From positions 32,001-96,000 of the forward strand of contig JAUVNS010000003.1 of assembly GCA_030599585.1 (NCBI GenBank): 64,000 nucleotides of DNA, read 5' to 3'. The notes beneath the pieces are model-generated. The model worked only from the letters and a program-made list of their open reading frames with translations. It did not search any database and had not been told where the DNA came from. The DNA comes from Promethearchaeota archaeon. GTDB taxonomy: Archaea > Asgardarchaeota > Lokiarchaeia > Sigyniarchaeales > SOKP01. The number at the start of each line of letters is the position of its first letter. Within the stretch, counting starts at the first letter, position 1. Shown one piece after another: positions 28,908 to 38,947 of this stretch. The translations under genes and the position numbers were made by a program.

Positions 28908-30479
28908 TTAGGCATTTTTTTCTAAAAACTGTACAAATTTGAACTGTTGGGCACTATCCATATATTTTAGTTCTTCTACTAACTTATTATAATATTTTGG
29001 CTTAAGATTTGGAAGCTTACGAATTCGTTCTATTAATTTATGAGGAATTTCTTCATATAATCCTTTTAACGCTTCAAGATACTTTAATTGTTCTTCCTCG
29101 GCAATGAAGGCTAATTCTTTTATAATATTTTTGCGTTCCTTTTTTGGGATATCAAGGTCTAATATTTGCTTTCTCAAATCTTTAGAGATTATATTAAATA
29201 TTTTGGAGAAATATTCTTTAACAATTTTCTTATCCTTCTCATTTTTAACTGGTAATAGAGATTCGTGAAGTCGTAATACAGAAAGGTCCTCTTTTTTCTC
29301 TTTTGTTTTTTCAATATCCGGTGTTTCAGTCTCAACTTCTTCTTTCTTTATTTCAGTAGTAGATTTGATTTCCTCGGGGATAACTTTTAATTGTACCTTC
29401 TCAGGCTCCACTTTTACAGTTTCCTCTTGGGGAATGATCTCTTCTTCAATTTGTTGAAGCTTCTCTTCTTTTTCTAAAGAATCTTTTTCTTTGCTATATT
29501 GTATTTTTTGAAAGGGCTCGATTTTTGGTTGAATTACTCTCATTTCTCTCTTGATAACGGAATCTATAGGTTTCCCTATGAATAATAGAAGTAATATCAG
29601 CGATTTTATTAAAATAAATATACCAATGCTAAGAAAAGCAGTGGATATTGCCCCCATTATAAATATTCCGATCACATAAGCTCCTGAAAACTCCTTCTTA
29701 TTATGAGTTTTTGCCTTTAAAGCTAAATCGATTATTAAAATGATGATAGGTATAATAATAAAAGAAAGATTTAATAAAATCATAAAGAGATTGTTGAAAA
29801 GATATGATAAAAAACCACCAGTAATCAGATTATTTAAAAGTAATAAAATAAGAACAAATCCCGCTTTCGCTGAAAAATAATTTATCGAGTTTTTTAGTTT
29901 GAGACCATAGCTGTAAAATTTATGATCTCCTCCTTTATGATATGCAATCGAATGAGTTAGAATCAAAACTCCTTTAATTAATAAAATGACACCGGATCCG
30001 TAAAAAATGCACCCTAATATTCCATAACAGATTGCATCTAGGGCAATTTCATCGTAGTTTTTTGACTGAACTCTTGGTGATATGTAACTTAGGTCGTAAA
30101 TTAATACTAATACGCTACCTAAAACGAGTAGGTAAGAATTAATTACATTAACAATACCCCCAGAAATGGGAAAATAAAAAAAACTCAAAACTAATATCGC
30201 AAACGCATAAAGGATTATAGGGATGTAATCAATTTTGTTCAAGAATTCTATTGCTTTTTCTAAATTAGTTTTATCCTTATTGCTCATCCCATATTTAGGA
30301 TGTTGCCGAATTTCGTTTGTTTGTCGCCTCGTTGGATGTTGCTTAAAGTTCACTCCCGATAAAGAAAAAGGTGTTCCACACATTTCGCAATAAACTTGAG
30401 TTCTACCATCGATCAGTTTAGATAATTCTTTTGGAAACACATAAGAACAAGTACGACAAATATACAGTTTTTCCGACAT
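28908..30479 (-). CDS. Membrane protein with an N-terminal Zn ribbon, about 7-8 TMs, a Glu/Lys-rich linker and a repeated C-terminal helical domain
   Basis: CRTC...CEMCG, a long hydrophobic block, and a duplicated C-terminal I..L...EL.(F/Y)...Q.K(Y/F)...L motif. Confidence 0.8.
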   Translation of the reverse strand: MSEKLYICRTCSYVFPKELSKLIDGRTQVYCEMCGTPFSLSGVNFKQHPTRRQTNEIRQHPKYGMSNKDKTNLEKAIEFLNKIDYIPIILYAFAILVLSFFYFPISGGIVNVINSYLLVLGSVLVLIYDLSYISPRVQSKNYDEIALDAICYGILGCIFYGSGVILLIKGVLILTHSIAYHKGGDHKFYSYGLKLKNSINYFSAKAGFVLILLLLNNLITGGFLSYLFNNLFMILLNLSFIIIPIIILIIDLALKAKTHNKKEFSGAYVIGIFIMGAISTAFLSIGIFILIKSLILLLLFIGKPIDSVIKREMRVIQPKIEPFQKIQYSKEKDSLEKEEKLQQIEEEIIPQEETVKVEPEKVQLKVIPEEIKSTTEIKKEEVETETPDIEKTKEKKEDLSVLRLHESLLPVKNEKDKKIVKEYFSKIFNIISKDLRKQILDLDIPKKERKNIIKELAFIAEEEQLKYLEALKGLYEEIPHKLIERIRKLPNLKPKYYNKLVEELKYMDSAQQFKFVQFLEKNA

Positions 30480-30792
30480 TAAAGCCTCACACTTATATAT
30501 TAATTATTTTATTTAATTTTTTTAATTTTGGTTTACACGTTTTTTATGATAGATTTTTGGAGGAAAAAATATTCTACGAGAATTGATTTGCTTAAAATGA
30601 TTTTAAATTTTAACCTAATACCACTAAATCCGATCATTTACTTACAACTACAAAAATATGCGTAAATTCTTTTTAAATATGAATAGTTAAATAAAAGAAT
30701 GAGAGGCGAGAATATAAAAAAAATGGAGTCCAATTTTTCCCAAAGAATTAAAATTTAATAATTTCACCAAATTTGCGTATTCGGACTTAAGC

Positions 30793-31317
30793 CTAAGTAA
30801 TGAGTTTACTCCAATTTAAGGTCGTTATAGTATCATTCAGGTCGTGATGATCTTCAGTCGTATGAAATTCCAGGTTAGTAAATAACTGGTAAGCTTGCTT
30901 GCGAGATGCCTTATATTGGGCAATTTCATCATTTTTTCCATGAAAAATGATAGTCCGGATGTTTAACGGTGAGATATTATCTATTTGAAGCATGGGAGAA
31001 GCTAAAAAGGGAGCCAATAATATTAAACGCTCAATGTTTTGAGAATTTCGAAGGGCATAAAGCGTAGCCATCAATCCTCCGAAACTTGAACCGATAATTG
31101 TCCATGATTTCCTTTGCTTAAGAATTAAATCCAATTGTCCCATTCTCTTTTTAAGGAGATTTTCAAGTGTTACACCACTTTTAAATTTTATAAAATCAGG
31201 TGTGAGAATATCTGGGAATAAATTCTTTAGGTAGTTTCCTTTAAATCCCATACCTGAGCTTTCAAGACCGTGGATAAAAATAATATTTTTCATTGTAAAT
31301 ATTTCTGAGTTATCCAT
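30793..31317 (-). CDS. Small alpha/beta hydrolase (YqiA-like esterase)
   Basis: IFIHGLESS, nucleophile GSSFGG, LLAP, HGKND, HDL. Confidence 0.9.
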   Translation of the reverse strand: MDNSEIFTMKNIIFIHGLESSGMGFKGNYLKNLFPDILTPDFIKFKSGVTLENLLKKRMGQLDLILKQRKSWTIIGSSFGGLMATLYALRNSQNIERLILLAPFLASPMLQIDNISPLNIRTIIFHGKNDEIAQYKASRKQAYQLFTNLEFHTTEDHHDLNDTITTLNWSKLIT

Positions 31318-31319
31318 TA

Positions 31320-32384
31320 TTATTCAATATCAAAATCATCTGGACTTACAGGATTGAGTTCTTTATTCAATTCTTTCATCAATTTTTTCTGACCAAAATA
31401 AAAGAATAGAAAAAAGATACAAAAATACGCGGTAATCAGGATTAGTGTAAAGAAATAGTATTCTCTTGTGAACGAGACAAAATGGAGAGCGATACCAATA
31501 ATGAAACCCGTGAACAACCGAGATTCCGTTGTACTTGTCCTAAATAACAATTTTTGAGTTCCCCAATCAATTAAACCTGGTATAGGGAATATAATTATAA
31601 TTATAAACGCTAATTCGGAGCTAAATTGAGGGTTCACGATCAGTTGAAAGAGATGAGTAAAAAAGACTGATATTATCATTCCAATGATCATTCCGGAGCA
31701 TCTCGAGCAAAAATAGATTTTAGTTCGTCCAAATTGAAAATAAAAGGTGTGATCGCTAGCAGAAACTGGATGATGGGTTAACAGCATGTAATAAAGGTGT
31801 TGTTCTTTCGAAGCGAAAATCTTGTCAAAGATGATTAATAGAATTGGGACCGATATAATAACTGAAGTAAGGGTTTGAAAGAAAAATTTAAGTCCAAAGT
31901 TAGAAAACAACTCTGGTAATGGTAGGACACTGGGATGAAATAACATAGTAGCCGTTACTACTAACATAGTAGCTATTAAAGAATTGATAACCAAAATTAC
32001 AATAGAATAGAAGATTTTTTTAATGTTTTGATATTTCAATGGTTTATATTTGTAGATTCCAGCAAGAGAACCATATATCGCTACGATAAAACACCAATCA
32101 ATGTATATTGTATGATAGAATGCGATCTGATAGACGAGTTCCCCTAAGAATCCTGCAAAAAACGCTGGAAGTGGGCCTGATAATACTGAAAAGAAAGCAA
32201 GGATCAGTAAAGATACGCTAAAAACAATCGAAAAACTGACAGTTCCTATATAAGGCGAAGAAACAGAACCAAATGATTCTGAAGTGTATAAGTAACTCAT
32301 AAAAATAAAGAAGACCGTTATAATTTTCACAAATATCGTTCTTATGAAACTATTTGGTTTGTTTTCGTTAGAATCAATGCTCAT
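31320..32384 (-). CDS. Fusion of an ECF S-component-like membrane domain and a DUF2085-like domain
   Basis: N-half: FSVLSGPLPAFFAGFLGELV..WCF..AIYGSLAG. C-half: FCSRCSG, P.LIDWGTQ, S...RLFTG..G. Confidence 0.7.
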   Translation of the reverse strand: MSIDSNENKPNSFIRTIFVKIITVFFIFMSYLYTSESFGSVSSPYIGTVSFSIVFSVSLLILAFFSVLSGPLPAFFAGFLGELVYQIAFYHTIYIDWCFIVAIYGSLAGIYKYKPLKYQNIKKIFYSIVILVINSLIATMLVVTATMLFHPSVLPLPELFSNFGLKFFFQTLTSVIISVPILLIIFDKIFASKEQHLYYMLLTHHPVSASDHTFYFQFGRTKIYFCSRCSGMIIGMIISVFFTHLFQLIVNPQFSSELAFIIIIIFPIPGLIDWGTQKLLFRTSTTESRLFTGFIIGIALHFVSFTREYYFFTLILITAYFCIFFLFFYFGQKKLMKELNKELNPVSPDDFDIE

Positions 32385-32430
32385 CGCATTAAAAAATTAA
32401 TGAAAATAGATAAAATTATCTTTCATAATT

Positions 32431-33090
32431 TTAAAAAAAAATAACATCAAGCTCTTCAATTAAGCTTTTCTTTGTCATTTCAAAACCCTTACGCAACACT
32501 GATACAATTATATTTTTCCCCGTTGGGATATTAAGGATGCTATCATCTTCCTCTACTATTATAATTCCATCGTCGTTATAATCTAATTGGCGCTTAAGAG
32601 CCTCGTATGCTTTTTCTTTAGTTTTAAACGCTGCTCTGGATAATTCATCATAACTCTTAACGTCGTCTTTAATGCTCAAAAATAAAACGCACTCCTCAAC
32701 TTGAGATATAAAGGATTTTCTCGTGATTTCTCGTAACTTATCGTAATGCTTATGATTTCTTTTACACTGTTTATCAGTTTGGTCATTTTCTAAATAACTC
32801 GGAAAATTTTTTTCAATAACCTCATCAAATTTTTCTTGAGTAATCTCACCATTCTGTACTAGAGATTTTGCTGAATCCAATGCGATTGTTATTTGTTTTA
32901 ATGTCCCCACGCGAGCGTTATTATCACTCCAAATCTTATAAAATGCTTTTACTATAGGTTTAACCACAAAATTGAACGCTCCGGCATCTAACTCTGTCTC
33001 AATTAGGTCTCGTCCGTAACCTAAACTTAAATCCGTTGTTGAAATCATCTTTTCTTCAACGATCTTATAATTTCTTTCCAAGTAATCCAT
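32431..33090 (-). CDS. Hypothetical all-helical protein, tandem paralogue 2
   Basis: Full-length similarity to 33177-33833. Confidence 0.85.
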   Translation of the reverse strand: MDYLERNYKIVEEKMISTTDLSLGYGRDLIETELDAGAFNFVVKPIVKAFYKIWSDNNARVGTLKQITIALDSAKSLVQNGEITQEKFDEVIEKNFPSYLENDQTDKQCKRNHKHYDKLREITRKSFISQVEECVLFLSIKDDVKSYDELSRAAFKTKEKAYEALKRQLDYNDDGIIIVEEDDSILNIPTGKNIIVSVLRKGFEMTKKSLIEELDVIFF

Positions 33091-33176
33091 AATATGTCAC
33101 TTTTCAGTTTTTTTTTTCTACCAAATATAGTGTTCTATGTTCTTTTTATATTGTTAAAATAATGATTTGATCTTTA

Positions 33177-33833
33177 CTAATCGTAGGTTTCGTTAATACC
33201 TTTTAAGAAATCTTTTTTACTCTCTTCGAAACCTTTTCTTAAAGATTTAACAATTATCTTTTTACCTGCAGGTAATGATAATATGGATGGGTCGTCTTCT
33301 ATGATGCTGATACCTCTCTCTGTGAATTCTAACTGTTTCTTTAAGTTCTTAGTGGCTATTTCTTTTGACTTAAATGCACTTCTGGCGAGATCTTTGTAAT
33401 CATTAACATGCTCTTCTACACCAAGGAAAGTTTTAACTTCTCTAAGATAATTGATAAAAGTTTCTCTCGAGTTTTCTTTTAACTTATCATAATTTTTATG
33501 GTTCTTACTACATTGATATGTTACCTGATCGCCTTTAAGGAATCTCGGAAAAAATTCGTCTACAATGCGATTAAAAGATTCTTTTGAATTTCCATTTAGT
33601 AATAATTGTTTTCCAGCATCCAAAGTGATATCAATCTGCTTTAAAGTTCCTTTCCTTGCGTCATGTTGAGCCCAATAATCATAGAATGCCTTAACAATGG
33701 GTCGAACTATAAAATTCAACATACCTGTATCTAATTCCGTATCAATTAATTTTCGTCCTAATTTAAGACTTTGTTCCATTTGCTGAATCATTCTTTCTTT
33801 TACGATTTTACAATTCCTTTCCACATAATCCAA
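33177..33833 (-). CDS. Hypothetical all-helical protein, tandem paralogue 1 (TTG start)
   Basis: Shares MDY.ERN, TELD.G..NF.V.PIVKAFY..W, GTLKQI, QC..NHK.YDKL and LRKGFE with 32431-33090. Confidence 0.85.
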   Translation of the reverse strand: MDYVERNCKIVKERMIQQMEQSLKLGRKLIDTELDTGMLNFIVRPIVKAFYDYWAQHDARKGTLKQIDITLDAGKQLLLNGNSKESFNRIVDEFFPRFLKGDQVTYQCSKNHKNYDKLKENSRETFINYLREVKTFLGVEEHVNDYKDLARSAFKSKEIATKNLKKQLEFTERGISIIEDDPSILSLPAGKKIIVKSLRKGFEESKKDFLKGINETYD

Positions 33834-34040
33834 ATAAAATCCCCAGCAAATTTATTTAATAGTCTTTAAAAATTAATATTCTTCTTGAACTAATAAACTA
33901 AAATATTTAAAAATTTTTTAACTTTGTCAATTTTATTTTAGTCTTGCGTCGGGAACGAAAAAAGTAAGTATATAATATGAAAAAATGTTTTATAATTATA
34001 TTAGGTTTAAATACAATTTTAACTTCATTAAATCAATCCA

Positions 34041-37000
34041 ATGCGTTACATCTTTAAAATTCTAATATTGGGCTTAAACGGAGACTCTATCGCCCTTTAT
34101 ACTATAAGAACCTTCGGAGAAGAGGGCGAAAACAAAGGACCATATTTAGAGCTATATAAAGAAGTAAAAGCGTTAGAGGATACTTGTGATCTGGAAGTCA
34201 ACGCTATAATTGATGTTGAGAAAACTGATCTTGATGAATTGATAAATACTGTTGATGGTATTATCTACTTCATAAATCCTTTGAGAAATGAAGAGAAAGA
34301 AATATTTGATTCCATTTTACACGACATTAGAAAAGTTTCTCGAAACATACCAATAATCATAATGTACTATGATCAGGATGGCATTTTTCCTCTATCAGTA
34401 AATAATTTGCTAGAAAACGCTTGGCTTAAGTACTTTGATGTTGAGGCTTTTGTTAATGTTCGTCCGAGAGAGTTTCACCATGTTTTGCATTGTTTATGCA
34501 TCGCAATGATCTCTGGAGATTCGCCATTAAACATAGAGAACGCGTGGATGAGGTTTCCTATTTACATTCAACTTGCCAACATTTATTTTAAAAAAGCTGA
34601 AAAAGAATCTAAACCAGATTATTATTTCTTTTCCGCTCAAGCTGTTAAGAAAGCTGCGATGATTGCTGATATTTTTAACAAAGAAGAATATTATATAATT
34701 TGCGAACAAGCAGCCTTTCTATTCTCAAAAGTAAATTTATATTTAGAAGCCGCTAAAATACTTCAAAATGTAGATAAAAAAAAAGCGGAGAATTTCAAGA
34801 AATTATATGCTGAATCGATGATCTTGGAAGGTAATAAATTGTTTAACAAGCGTAAATTTGACGATTCAGCACGACAATACGAAGCAGCAGCTCAATGGGC
34901 TGCTTTGGAACATGAGAATGAAGAGCTTAAAAACGAAGGATTTAGATTAGCGATAACATCTTGGATTTCAGCTTGTAAAATGGAAAATGCTTATAAAATT
35001 ATTAAAAATTTACCACACGATTTAACACTTGAAGTTTTGCAAGGTTTTCTTCCCAAAATAATCGAGATGGTTGATTTCTTAATAAAAGAACAGAAATTAA
35101 TAATAGCACGAGACCAATTGCGTATAACCGTAGATAACTATCAAAAGAGAAACTTAACTGAAGAGCTCCAAGAATTAGTAACAAAGTTAGTCGAAGTTTT
35201 AAAATTGCTTCTAGCAAAAAATATTGAAGAGAAAGATAGATTTAACGCCTACGAATATTACTATGAAATTAAAAGTGTTTGTGAAACCTATGATTTAGAT
35301 TTACCGGATCAAGATCAACAACTTAATATTTTGATTAATTTATTCATTGACAATCTTGAAGTTGGAGAATATACAGTACTACTGAACGAAGTTAATTCAT
35401 TGAAATTAAAAAAGGAATTGACTGCGCGGATTTCCAAGGTAGAGGATGAAAACAAGGAATTATTGAAACAACAGAAAGAGGAAAATCTACGGAAAAATAG
35501 AGGGCTTCTCAATAGCTATATTGAACGGGAGTTACAAATTATTGCCGAAAGTAACGTGAAAACCATTAAGGAAGCTAATGGGTTAATTGAAAAAGGAGAG
35601 TATCTCAAAGCAGCTAATTTGGTTAAGTCTCAAGCAGACTTCTGGAGCACTATTGGTAGAGAAGAAATTCAAGATCAAATACTAAAAAAAGTTCTCGACA
35701 TTCTATTAATTGGTAAATTTTTTGACAGATTTACGAATGTCTACTATGAACTAACAAATAAATCGAAAAAGAATTATTTGAGAAATAAACTAAATCTCGT
35801 TAAAAAGAAATTAATAGAAGTTGGGAAAGAAAGAGATTTTGAAATAGTTTTTACTACTTGTATATTCATTTTATCAATATATAGAGAACAATTATTATTC
35901 GAGCAATCTAAAGAAATATCCGAGCTTACTGTTGATTATGTTAAATCTGAAGCTCTTAGAGTTGTAAAAGAAAATGAAGATAAAAAAGCAATTGATTTAG
36001 CTAAAAATCTGATTGCAAAAGCTAACGATTTATCACATGCATATTTAGATAAGCGTGAAATAAATTTTGATGAGATATATGCAATAATCGTTAAAATTTA
36101 CATAGAATTAGATAAATTTTCTGATGCTGATGCAGTTATAGATCAAATTTTAGATAAATCACTTAAGGCAAATTTAAATAAAGATCTATTTAAAAAACAA
36201 ACAGATATAAGTGCTAAGGAAGCAAGTAAGGCTAAAAAAGACCATGATAAAAATGTATTAAAAGAAAGAGAGTCGATCATCAAGAAAAGAGCACGGGACG
36301 CGCAACAAGAGAGACAAAACGATTCTAAAAGGAGAAATGGTCTTAGAAGGCAGCTCTATGATAAAGGACTTAGCCTTTTAAAAAACCAAGATTTTGAAGA
36401 CGCTTTGAAAGAGTATAATGCCCAAATCAAATTTTTATTAGGCAGAAAGAGTCTTAATTTAGTTGGAATTTCTTTAGCTATTAGTTTGTTAATTCTTTAC
36501 AAATTAAAAAGGATTGAAGAATTTGAAAAATCCTTAAGCAAAATAAAAAACAGTCTGGGTAGTTTAGAAAAATCCTTTTCAGAAACATATTCAATTACCT
36601 TACTTGACCATATCATTGAAATCGAAAAATTGAGTGATGTTATTGAATTTAAAGAAGCGCTTCAGTATGTTGAATATTTAGCACTATTTGATGAGGAATT
36701 GGACCTACTTAATGAATTATTGGATAAATCAAAAAAACCAATTGATAGTGAAGATATTGAACATTTGATTGTTGAAAGGGGGAAAAAATTAAAAAGAATT
36801 CAAGAATTAGAAAAGCAGATTCTCAAAGATAAAAGAGACATTGCTAAAAGAAAGTTAATGAAAAACCAATATTGGAAGATATCTTATGAAGATTTGTGTA
36901 ATGAAAAATTTACTGTAGCTGGTAATGAATATGACGACACAATTTCAAAATTATTAGATAAACGATTTTTCAATCAGGCTGCCATAAGTCTCATTATTTC

Positions 37001-37808
37001 GACTATTATTATGGTAAAAAACAAAAATGTTTCCTTAGCTAAATCTTATTTAAACGAACTATTAACAAAATATTCAAAATATAAAAAAGATTTTGTAGAT
37101 TTACCTGAGATTCAAATCTTAAGCGAACTTCTTTATGCGTTAGAAAACAAAGATGACAAACAATTCGATTTATGCCTAAAAATTTTAACAAATAAACTAG
37201 TGCTCTTTGAATGTGAAATAGATTTATTAAAAAGTCTCGTCCCTAAGGAACAAGAACATGATGTAGAAGATGTTAGATTGTCAAGAGAAGAACTAGCAAA
37301 GGAAAAAGAGCTCAACATACAATTGGATCAAAATTTTGGAATATTACAAAAAAAAATGCCTGATATTCGTGGTGAACAACAAGAACATCTAAAAAAAAGA
37401 ACCTTCATGAAAAACCGAATCTATACTGATGTAATAGCGCTTCTTGAGAAAAACTCCTTAAAAGATGCTGGAATTGAATATCTTAAATTAGCATACACAT
37501 TATCAAAAAGGAAAAATTTTGAAAGTAGCTCCTTGATGGTTTTATTACATGGCTTAGCACTACTCATAGCGAAGGTACCTTTAAAAGAGATTAGGATTAA
37601 TGTTAATACTTATCTTACTTCCTTAGGCCTTAATAAAAAGCTTTTGGAAGACACTTACCCTATTCGTTGTATTGAATTTCTACTTAATGTAATAACCCAT
37701 AATGTAGAAAAATATAAGCCAACTATTAAGGAATTATTAGATATTTTACCGCTTTTTGAAGAAGAAAAATATTTAATTGATAATTTGTTGAAAGAGGAAG
37801 GAAATTAA
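34041..37808 (+). CDS. Large protein: degenerate small-GTPase-like N-domain plus an alpha-solenoid (TPR/SNAP-like) with three C-terminal repeats
   Basis: YIFKILILG, VDGIIYFINP and NIPIIIM follow the Ras-fold strand order but GKT, DxxG and NKxD are missing. Helical A..Y..AA repeats follow. Confidence 0.75.
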   Translation: MRYIFKILILGLNGDSIALYTIRTFGEEGENKGPYLELYKEVKALEDTCDLEVNAIIDVEKTDLDELINTVDGIIYFINPLRNEEKEIFDSILHDIRKVSRNIPIIIMYYDQDGIFPLSVNNLLENAWLKYFDVEAFVNVRPREFHHVLHCLCIAMISGDSPLNIENAWMRFPIYIQLANIYFKKAEKESKPDYYFFSAQAVKKAAMIADIFNKEEYYIICEQAAFLFSKVNLYLEAAKILQNVDKKKAENFKKLYAESMILEGNKLFNKRKFDDSARQYEAAAQWAALEHENEELKNEGFRLAITSWISACKMENAYKIIKNLPHDLTLEVLQGFLPKIIEMVDFLIKEQKLIIARDQLRITVDNYQKRNLTEELQELVTKLVEVLKLLLAKNIEEKDRFNAYEYYYEIKSVCETYDLDLPDQDQQLNILINLFIDNLEVGEYTVLLNEVNSLKLKKELTARISKVEDENKELLKQQKEENLRKNRGLLNSYIERELQIIAESNVKTIKEANGLIEKGEYLKAANLVKSQADFWSTIGREEIQDQILKKVLDILLIGKFFDRFTNVYYELTNKSKKNYLRNKLNLVKKKLIEVGKERDFEIVFTTCIFILSIYREQLLFEQSKEISELTVDYVKSEALRVVKENEDKKAIDLAKNLIAKANDLSHAYLDKREINFDEIYAIIVKIYIELDKFSDADAVIDQILDKSLKANLNKDLFKKQTDISAKEASKAKKDHDKNVLKERESIIKKRARDAQQERQNDSKRRNGLRRQLYDKGLSLLKNQDFEDALKEYNAQIKFLLGRKSLNLVGISLAISLLILYKLKRIEEFEKSLSKIKNSLGSLEKSFSETYSITLLDHIIEIEKLSDVIEFKEALQYVEYLALFDEELDLLNELLDKSKKPIDSEDIEHLIVERGKKLKRIQELEKQILKDKRDIAKRKLMKNQYWKISYEDLCNEKFTVAGNEYDDTISKLLDKRFFNQAAISLIISTIIMVKNKNVSLAKSYLNELLTKYSKYKKDFVDLPEIQILSELLYALENKDDKQFDLCLKILTNKLVLFECEIDLLKSLVPKEQEHDVEDVRLSREELAKEKELNIQLDQNFGILQKKMPDIRGEQQEHLKKRTFMKNRIYTDVIALLEKNSLKDAGIEYLKLAYTLSKRKNFESSSLMVLLHGLALLIAKVPLKEIRINVNTYLTSLGLNKKLLEDTYPIRCIEFLLNVITHNVEKYKPTIKELLDILPLFEEEKYLIDNLLKEEGN

Positions 37809-37812
37809 ATCT

Positions 37813-38727
37813 TTATACAATATTAGCGTATTTCATTAAATCTTTAACTCGCATCCGTAAAGTAACTTCCGTAACTCTCGCTAAGCGACTTATTTCTTTC
37901 TGAGTTCGGTTTTCGCTACAAATTTTAGAACCAATATAAATCGCAGCAGCAGCAATTCCTTTAGGATCTTTACCCGCAGAGTTAAATCCGCTTTTATCTG
38001 CGCTCTCTATTATTTTAACGGCAGTATTACGACATTGCATTGACAATTTCAACTCGTCGTTAAACTTGTCTACGTAGCGAGATGGTCCGAAATGCTGTAC
38101 TTTTAAATTTAAATGAGGTAACACTTCCATTAGAATTAAGCGATAACTTTTTATGACTTTTTTTTTCGGGATTTGTGCGACTTTTGTAATTTCCTCTACA
38201 GTTCTAGGAATTCCATGGACGCGTAAAGCACAAAATATTGATGCCGAGAGTAGCGTGTCAATACTTCTTCCCATAGTGAGTTTCTTTTTTACTGTCTGAG
38301 TATAAATTCTAAGCGCGTCTTCAGCTACAGTATCTGGGATGCTGAGTCTTTTTTGCAAGCGTTGTAAATTAGGTAAAGCAATCCAAAGGTTCCTTTCATA
38401 ACTTGTTGTTAAGGATCTATGGATTTTTGCAAGTCTATTGAATTTTGATTTATACTTAGGACTTAATAAAGTTCCACGAGCATCTCTACTACCTCGAATT
38501 ATCGTTCTTGGACCGATTGGGCTGTAAACCCTCTCATTACTTTTTCTTTTTTGGATTTCTTCTTGCGTGAACGCTCTGCGAGGAGAATCATCAAGGATTC
38601 TACCATATACTGAACCACAATTCATACATACATAGAATCCATCTTCCTCACTGATTTTAGGTGAGTCGCAACAGGACTCTTCTTCCTTTTCATCAAAAAA
38701 TCCATTGTTCTCGAAGCTTGACGGCAT
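37813..38727 (-). CDS. tfb: Transcription initiation factor IIB
   Basis: Zn ribbon (CC...CMNCG), ERNL..AL..L, GRSI, PRTVEEI, GKDPKGIAAAAIY, RTQKEI...VTEVTLR.R. Confidence 0.95.
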   Translation of the reverse strand: MPSSFENNGFFDEKEEESCCDSPKISEEDGFYVCMNCGSVYGRILDDSPRRAFTQEEIQKRKSNERVYSPIGPRTIIRGSRDARGTLLSPKYKSKFNRLAKIHRSLTTSYERNLWIALPNLQRLQKRLSIPDTVAEDALRIYTQTVKKKLTMGRSIDTLLSASIFCALRVHGIPRTVEEITKVAQIPKKKVIKSYRLILMEVLPHLNLKVQHFGPSRYVDKFNDELKLSMQCRNTAVKIIESADKSGFNSAGKDPKGIAAAAIYIGSKICSENRTQKEISRLARVTEVTLRMRVKDLMKYANIV

Positions 38728-38947
38728 ATCAACTAGCTAATTTAAATGCAATTATTGGGATTATTCAGTTTCAGTATACTATTTAAAAGAAACCACATAT
38801 TTAAATCTTAATTTAATTAATTTAATAGCTTTAGTGAAGATTTAAATCTTAGTCTATTTAACTATTATCTTAGAAGATTAGTAACATTAATTATTTTATC
38901 AAACACTCTCTTAATAATAACTACTAACTAGGACAAATATTAATAAA

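Noticed and set aside
30546-30665. 39-codon plus-strand ORF MIDFWRKK...
   Set aside because: It has no SD, no motif and no paralogue, and an ORF of this length can arise by chance.
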